From contig DAOMOX010000003.1 in assembly GCA_035444565.1 (NCBI GenBank), positions 31,488-95,487 on the forward strand: a stretch of 64,000 bases of DNA, read 5' to 3'. Made by a program: the position numbers and the translations under genes. A model generated the notes under the pieces. The model made no database searches. It was not told where the DNA came from and was given only the letters and a program-made list of their open reading frames with translations. This DNA comes from Candidatus Dojkabacteria bacterium (lineage in GTDB: Bacteria > Patescibacteriota > Dojkabacteria > B142 > OLB20). Within the stretch, counting starts at the first letter, position 1; each line of letters starts with the position of its first letter. Below are positions 58,167 through 64,000 of the stretch, piece by piece.

Positions 58167-60098
58167 ATGTTATTAGCATCAAACTACTTCTTGCTAGGGG
58201 ATTTCTTTAGTAGAAGAATTTCTATTGATGAAAGCGGTGCTAGATCAGTATCTCTCCATAGGGTAAACGGTTTCCTCAATAACTGGTATTCGACACAAGT
58301 TAATAAATCCTTTGAGGATGTTAAGTTAGTAAATATTTCCAAAACCAAGTCAGAAATAGTTTCAGAAAACATTATGAAACTATCAGAATATTATAAGTCC
58401 GATATAGAATATTATGACTTTGATTTCCACCGAGTACACAAATTTACCAAATCAGAGAGTTCATCTATAAAGATATCTCTAGAAAAGAATTTCATCAATT
58501 CAAAATACTTTAAAAAATTAACAAAGAATGGTGTTAAAAGTGATGTTTTGCTTGACACATTTTCTGCATATCCTGTTATTCCTGTGGAAAAGGAAACAGA
58601 AATTGTAAACTACGAAATATTTCAACGAATCTACCCTAAATTAAAGCCAAATACTGAAGTAGTAATTTTATCCGGGGAACTAGTTTGGAGTGGATGGCTA
58701 ACTATGGATATAATCCTAAACACATTAGATGACAACAAATACAATAATAAAATATTTATTATTGATAGCTGGGGCTTGGTACAACAGTTATTAAGCACTG
58801 TTGATTACGATAAGGATTATGGTATTGTCAATCATGATGATCTAATAGATAGTTTTACAACATCCCTGTACTTGACTACTAAAAAATTAAAAACATTAAA
58901 CGAGATCCCAAAGACAAAGAGCAATAATTATCCACTATATGCAAACAGTGAGTTCATTAAAACCTTCCCTTCAGGAGTGACTCATAAACCAGATTACAAT
59001 TATGTGATAAGTAAAAGTGCTAAATCACTCTTAAGTAAAAACGTAATTTCTATTGGTATTGATAACGTTACACCCCTCACTATTCCTAGAAGCATGCTTC
59101 AAAAAGTAGAACTAAGTTACTTCTTACCTGGTGGAGGTGTATTACAAAAGTATGAAGGGGAGAGGGTATCAATAAATGAAGACATAGGTTTAATTCCCGA
59201 ATACGAAAATCATCTACTGAGATTAAAATTGCCAAAACAACTAACTTTGAAAGTTAAAGACGGGCAATACGTAAAGAGGGGTGATGTTATTGCCGAAAGA
59301 GCGGTACTAAAAAACATGTTGAAGGAAAAAGTTGTCTCCCCATTTACTGGTTATTTAGAAACAAGCTTTTTAGAGCAAGGAATTCTGATATTTAAAGAAT
59401 TGAAGGATAAAAAGCAATTCCTAGCTGATTTTGAAGGAGAAATTTTATCCATAGATAAGTCAGAAACAGCTCAATCTGCAAAGATAAAAGCGAATTCATT
59501 TACTACCAATACAATTTATAAAATTGGAGATGATGTACAAGGAAAGCTTATGAGACTCGAAGACGTTCAAAACTATAGTGCATCAAAATTATTATTGGTG
59601 AAACCTAACGAATTAGGCGATATCACTCTAGAATTTATAATGAAAAACAATATTTCGGGAGTTATCGTCGATACTCCAGATTATTTAATGATACGCAGAT
59701 ACATTGCAAAAGTTCTTAAGAACTCTAAAGCTACAACACTCTGTGTCTTAAATCCATTCTCAATAAGGTCGAGTAGTAGCATAATAGATATTTTATATTT
59801 ATATACAGGGAATACAGTTATTATCTCTAATAATTCACTCCATCTTTTGATTGATCAAAAGCAGAGTAAAGAAATACTCCTAAGACTGAAATCAAAGGAT
59901 ACTCAGAGCAAGAAGAGTATATTGCGAAAAGGTGAGCATGTTTCTTTTTTTAACTATTCCCATCAAGATCCTTATGCTAGAATAGAAAATGTTTCGCCTC
60001 GGGAACTAGTTTTAAACACCGAAAGAGGCATAATAGTCACTAATTTCAGTAATATTATTAAATATACAAGTACATTCTATGATACAGAGAATAAATAA
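58167..60098 (+). CDS. Hypothetical 643-aa protein with a barrel-sandwich-hybrid-like motif
   Basis: LKVKDGQYVKRGDVIA...VVSPFTG. Confidence 0.75.
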   Translation: MLLASNYFLLGDFFSRRISIDESGARSVSLHRVNGFLNNWYSTQVNKSFEDVKLVNISKTKSEIVSENIMKLSEYYKSDIEYYDFDFHRVHKFTKSESSSIKISLEKNFINSKYFKKLTKNGVKSDVLLDTFSAYPVIPVEKETEIVNYEIFQRIYPKLKPNTEVVILSGELVWSGWLTMDIILNTLDDNKYNNKIFIIDSWGLVQQLLSTVDYDKDYGIVNHDDLIDSFTTSLYLTTKKLKTLNEIPKTKSNNYPLYANSEFIKTFPSGVTHKPDYNYVISKSAKSLLSKNVISIGIDNVTPLTIPRSMLQKVELSYFLPGGGVLQKYEGERVSINEDIGLIPEYENHLLRLKLPKQLTLKVKDGQYVKRGDVIAERAVLKNMLKEKVVSPFTGYLETSFLEQGILIFKELKDKKQFLADFEGEILSIDKSETAQSAKIKANSFTTNTIYKIGDDVQGKLMRLEDVQNYSASKLLLVKPNELGDITLEFIMKNNISGVIVDTPDYLMIRRYIAKVLKNSKATTLCVLNPFSIRSSSSIIDILYLYTGNTVIISNNSLHLLIDQKQSKEILLRLKSKDTQSKKSILRKGEHVSFFNYSHQDPYARIENVSPRELVLNTERGIIVTNFSNIIKYTSTFYDTENK

Positions 60099-61299
60099 CC
60101 ATGGAGGTCCTAAATACCTGATTATTTTTTTGTTAATAATCACAATATTTGTAGCTGGATTTTATGTAGGGAAAATTGATTTATTTGGAAATGCAGAGAT
60201 AGTCCCAGAGAAATACCAAATCACAGGGGATAAACTTACTGAAAGAAAGAATGTAGATGTAGGACTACTGTGGGAAGTTTGGTCAGAAATTGAAAGAGAA
60301 TATATAGATACGGAAGACATCGATGGTCAAGAATTGCTTTATGGAGCAGTAGACGGATTAGTAAAAGGTCTAGACGATCGGTACACAAATTTTTTAACTC
60401 CCGAGGAGACACAGGAGTATTTAAGTGGGAATAAAAGAGAGTTTGAAGGAATAGGAACCACACTGGCACAAGAAGGGGAGTTCGTAATTATTGAGAGCCC
60501 GATTGACGGTTCACCAGCACAAAAGGCAGGACTAAAACCTAAAGATGTAATACTTGAGGTCAACGAGGAAGATATGCAGGGTAAATCGGTTGTCGAGGTT
60601 GCCCAAAATATCCGTGGGGAAGCAAATTCAAAAGTTATGATTACTTATTATCGTCCAAGTAATAACGAGACGAATGATGTGGAAATAATTCGACAAAAGA
60701 TTGACTTGAAAAATATCGAGGTAGTTGACCTTGAGGATGGCATAAAAATGTTAAAAGTATATCAGTTTACAGAAGCCGATATAGAGACATTTAATAGAGA
60801 GTGGGACGCAAATATTAACCAAATAATCAAAGATGACCCAAAGGGATTAATCGTAGATTTAAGAAATAATCCTGGTGGTTTCGTAGATGCTGTAAGATAT
60901 TCAGTGGGTGAGTTTCTTCCAAAGGGAGCAATAGTCTTCCAAGAAGAAGACAGATCAGGAAGAAAATCTCAATATAAAGTTAATAGAGATGGTAAATTGC
61001 TAGACATTCCGATGATTGTCATTGTAAATGAAGGTAGCGCATCTTCTTCGGAAATCTTTGCAGGTGCTATGCAGGATAATGATAGGGCGCAAGTTGTTGG
61101 AACAAAAACTGTAGGAAAGGGAGTAGAGCAGAAGTTAATCAATCTCTCTGACGGTTCAATGCTGCAAATTGTCTTCCAAAAGTGGTTAACACCAAGTGGA
61201 AGAAATATAACGGAAGATGAGCCAATAACCCCAAATCATGAGGTAGAAGATAATGAGGAACAAGAGAAGAAGGCTTTAGAACTACTACTTTCTAAGTAA
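60079..61299 (+). CDS. S41 carboxy-terminal processing protease
   Basis: FEGIG, PDZ domain, DLRNNPGG, SASSSEI, T.GKG. Confidence 0.93.
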   Translation: MIQRINNHGGPKYLIIFLLIITIFVAGFYVGKIDLFGNAEIVPEKYQITGDKLTERKNVDVGLLWEVWSEIEREYIDTEDIDGQELLYGAVDGLVKGLDDRYTNFLTPEETQEYLSGNKREFEGIGTTLAQEGEFVIIESPIDGSPAQKAGLKPKDVILEVNEEDMQGKSVVEVAQNIRGEANSKVMITYYRPSNNETNDVEIIRQKIDLKNIEVVDLEDGIKMLKVYQFTEADIETFNREWDANINQIIKDDPKGLIVDLRNNPGGFVDAVRYSVGEFLPKGAIVFQEEDRSGRKSQYKVNRDGKLLDIPMIVIVNEGSASSSEIFAGAMQDNDRAQVVGTKTVGKGVEQKLINLSDGSMLQIVFQKWLTPSGRNITEDEPITPNHEVEDNEEQEKKALELLLSK

Positions 61300-62185
61300 G
61301 TATTTTAAGAAACCTAGCTCTACCAAAGGTGTCTTTCAGTATCATTAGTTTTGTTTTTTTACCTAGAATCTCCTTAAATACTTTTAATGTATTTTCTGTA
61401 TTCATTGAATGTATCTCAAATATAGCCATGCCACCAGTGTTTAAATTATTCTTTACTGACAAAGCCAAACGCTTGTAGAATCTCAATCCATTAGAAAAAT
61501 CAGTTAGTGCTATTTCTGGTTCAAAGTATAGTGACTTTTCCAACTTTTTGTATTCGTCAAGGGGTATATACGGAGGATTCGAAATGATTAAATCAAAACA
61601 CTCACTTGGGAGTTCAGTCAATATATCTTGCTCGACAAATATAATTCTACTACGTCGAGATTTCTGTAAATTAATATTTACATTTCTCTGAGCAATCTTC
61701 AGTGCGCTCTCAGAAATATCTGTAGCAACTATTTGAACATCAATGTTTTTAATATTATTTAAAATTGAAATCGAAATACAACCTGATCCCGTACCAATCT
61801 CTAATATTTTTGATTTTCTATTTTTATTGAATTTATTTACGAAGGTAATGGCTTCCTCCACAATCAACTCGGTCTCGGGTCTCGGAATTAAAACTGACTC
61901 AGTAATAATGTAGTTTTCTTTATAGAAATCTATGTTACCTAAAATATACGAAAGAGGGTAGCTTCGTATTAGTTTGTCTTCTAGTGTAGAAACCATGTCT
62001 TTCTGTTTTTTAGACAAGTAGTTATCCATATTGATAAGAATGGACTGTTTGTCCATCCTCGTTACATAACTGATTACTGATAAAGCATAGATATATGGGT
62101 CTTTATAGGATGTCGATAATGCTTTAGATATTGAATCTACGGCATGATGATAAGTAAATGGTTTGTTCTCATCTACACGTTTCAT
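61292..62185 (-). CDS. prmC: Release factor glutamine methyltransferase
   Basis: LIPRPETE, EIGTGSGCI, SNPPY. Confidence 0.95.
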   Translation of the reverse strand: MKRVDENKPFTYHHAVDSISKALSTSYKDPYIYALSVISYVTRMDKQSILINMDNYLSKKQKDMVSTLEDKLIRSYPLSYILGNIDFYKENYIITESVLIPRPETELIVEEAITFVNKFNKNRKSKILEIGTGSGCISISILNNIKNIDVQIVATDISESALKIAQRNVNINLQKSRRSRIIFVEQDILTELPSECFDLIISNPPYIPLDEYKKLEKSLYFEPEIALTDFSNGLRFYKRLALSVKNNLNTGGMAIFEIHSMNTENTLKVFKEILGKKTKLMILKDTFGRARFLKILT

Positions 62186-63231
62186 TTGGGTAACGTTAAT
62201 TGTGTACGAACCTCTGTAAGAATTTGTTCAATATCTCCGCTAAGTATGCTTGGTAGACCATGCCACGATTTGTTAATTCTGTGGTCCGTGACTCTGTCTT
62301 GTGGAAAGTTGTAGGTGCGAATTTTATCAGATCTGTCGCCAGATTTAATAGACGATTTACGAATTTCCGATATTGTAGAATTTGATTCTTGAAGTTGAAT
62401 ATCATAAAGTTTTCCTCTTAAAATTGATAAAGCTTTTTCTTTATTTTTGAGTTGAGACTTACTGTCTTGGCAAGTTACTGTAATACCCGTTGGTTTGTGT
62501 GTAATTCTTATTGCTGAGTCAGTAGTATTTACACTTTGTCCCCCAGGTCCACTTGAACGATAAGTATATATTTCTAAGTCTGATTGGTTAAGTTCAACTT
62601 CGTGTTCTTCGACTTGAGGATATACTACAACTGAAACTGCAGAGGTATGAATTCTACCGGAAGTTTCAGTTTTAGGGATACGTTGGACTCTGTGTACACC
62701 GCTTTCAAACCTTAATTTTGAATACGATCCTTTTTGTGTAATCTCAACTATTACTTCCTTAATTCCACCAAGTGTACTTTCATTGGCAGATAAAATATTT
62801 GCTTGCCAACCTAGAGAGGCGAAATATCCTAAATACATTCTTAATAAATCTTGTGCAAACAGGCTTGATTCTTCACCCCCAGTTCCCGCCCTAATTTCTA
62901 ACATTCCCGGGTTTGGTAATTCTATCGATTTGGAAAGTACTGATTCTAGGTCACTTTGTGTATTAATTAGCAAAGAAGAGTTGGAACTGATAATATTCTG
63001 GTAAAGCTCAATTATGTCGGGACTTGACTCTGTTTCTAGTAAGTCTTTGGCTTCTTGTATTTCTTCGTTTAGACTTTGTATCTTTTTGGCATAGGAGTAT
63101 TTTTCTTTAAGATCGTCTAACTGAGAATTTAGTTCGGTAGATTTTTTATGGTCAGAATATATTTCGGGTGAGGAAAGTAAAGAGAGGATTTTCTCGTATT
63201 CAGAAATTATGGAATTTATTTTGCTATCCAT
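62182..63231 (-). CDS. prfA: Peptide chain release factor 1
   Basis: PKT specificity tripeptide, GGQ, IRTYNFPQ. Confidence 0.96.
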   Translation of the reverse strand: MDSKINSIISEYEKILSLLSSPEIYSDHKKSTELNSQLDDLKEKYSYAKKIQSLNEEIQEAKDLLETESSPDIIELYQNIISSNSSLLINTQSDLESVLSKSIELPNPGMLEIRAGTGGEESSLFAQDLLRMYLGYFASLGWQANILSANESTLGGIKEVIVEITQKGSYSKLRFESGVHRVQRIPKTETSGRIHTSAVSVVVYPQVEEHEVELNQSDLEIYTYRSSGPGGQSVNTTDSAIRITHKPTGITVTCQDSKSQLKNKEKALSILRGKLYDIQLQESNSTISEIRKSSIKSGDRSDKIRTYNFPQDRVTDHRINKSWHGLPSILSGDIEQILTEVRTQLTLPK

Positions 63232-63236
63232 TTAGG

Positions 63237-63557
63237 TTATTTAACCTTGGCAAGCATATCTTTAAGAGTCAGTGTGTTTTTTGTGTTGATTGATGTTGTT
63301 CTTTGTTTTCTTTGTGACTGTTTAGTCTTTTTTGAAGAAACTTTGTCAATATTTGCACTTTGTCGTCTTTTTTCGAATTTCTTTACAAGGTTCTCTGTGT
63401 CTACAATTCTATGTTTACCTGTGTAAAAGGGATGACTAAGGTTAGTTACTTCTGTAACAATCTCTTCTTTTGTGCTTGGTAATGTAAAAGTAGTCCCTGA
63501 TGAGAGATCTGTAACTTTTGCATTCATATGTAATTTTGGATGTATCCCTTTTTTCAT
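63237..63557 (-). CDS. rpmE: 50S ribosomal protein L31, Cys-free, with a long basic C-terminal tail
   Basis: MKKGIHP, SHPFYTG, VD.E..V.KF. Confidence 0.93.
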   Translation of the reverse strand: MKKGIHPKLHMNAKVTDLSSGTTFTLPSTKEEIVTEVTNLSHPFYTGKHRIVDTENLVKKFEKRRQSANIDKVSSKKTKQSQRKQRTTSINTKNTLTLKDMLAKVK

Positions 63558-63702
63558 TTCTTTCAATTAAACTTTTGAATTATAACAATTTATTATGTTA
63601 TGTACAACAAACGACATTGATGTTCCTGTAAAAATTCAAATTAACTAGTCAAAAAGGTCTTAGATGATATAGTATAATTACTTAAATTTAGGATTTGTGA
63701 AT

Positions 63703-64000
63703 ATGAAAATAAAATTAGAAAAAAAGAATTTATTAGTTAATACTGATGGAAAGCGAGTATTATTCCACAAAGAAGGTAAATTTAATACAACTGACTATGC
63801 ATCCGTAGTTAACATTGGTGATATTGTACAACCAGACAACAACGTAATGAGTGCTCCTGGAGAATATGAAATTGAAGATATACTATTTAGCATTTTCGCA
63901 TATGGCGATAATCTTGATCATCCAGATATAATCTTTCTAGATAGTAACGAAAATATTCGAATTCTGTATTTATTGTCCCATGTTGACAACTTAGATAAAT
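63703..64000 (+). CDS. Partial ORF, probably a degenerate MBL-fold protein (runs off the window)
   Basis: Open frame MKIKLEKK...SAPGEYEIEDI...; no HxHxDH seen. Confidence 0.6.
   Translation, partial: MKIKLEKKNLLVNTDGKRVLFHKEGKFNTTDYASVVNIGDIVQPDNNVMSAPGEYEIEDILFSIFAYGDNLDHPDIIFLDSNENIRILYLLSHVDNLDK

Overview
AT-rich core-genome window of a streamlined bacterium, inferred to be Patescibacteria/CPR: rplI is missing after rpsF-ssb-rpsR, pyrH/uppS/cdsA are missing from rpsB-tsf-frr-rseP, and the rRNA carries insertions; genetic code 11. It holds the 3' ~2.6 kb of a 23S rRNA, the 5S rRNA, seven intact tRNAs and mostly housekeeping genes (rpsA, clpC, radA, rho, leuS, comEA/comEC, tmk, two ndk, two mreB, rplL/J/A/K, nusG, secE, rpmG, mreCD-mrdA, dprA, topA, dnaX, recR, cca, ychF, prfA, prmC, rpmE). 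The most unusual signal is in non-coding DNA: related short palindromes sit in or beside the structural RNA genes. (i) A GIY-YIG nuclease ORF bounded by ATCCCGCCCT...AGGGCGGGAT inverted repeats occupies the helix-98 position of the 23S rRNA. ORF-less copies of the same repeat lie in helix 68, the 23S-5S spacer and the 5S trailer. (ii) tRNA-Thr(UGU) is nested inside two concentric, identically broken tRNA-Thr shells. (iii) tRNA-Trp, tRNA-Tyr and tRNA-Thr(GGU) have duplicated halves interrupted by hairpins at the same T-loop (C56|G57) or D-arm position. (iv) The D-arm hairpin motif also sits in the L10 leader. Together these suggest a possibly undescribed, nuclease-associated palindromic element system that remodels RNA genes; the mechanism is inference. 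Also seen: a candidate 6S RNA, an orphan structured RNA upstream of rho, an ATP-grasp/protease fusion with a 7TM partner, and a tiny LAxTG-type protein coupled to a processive GT2.
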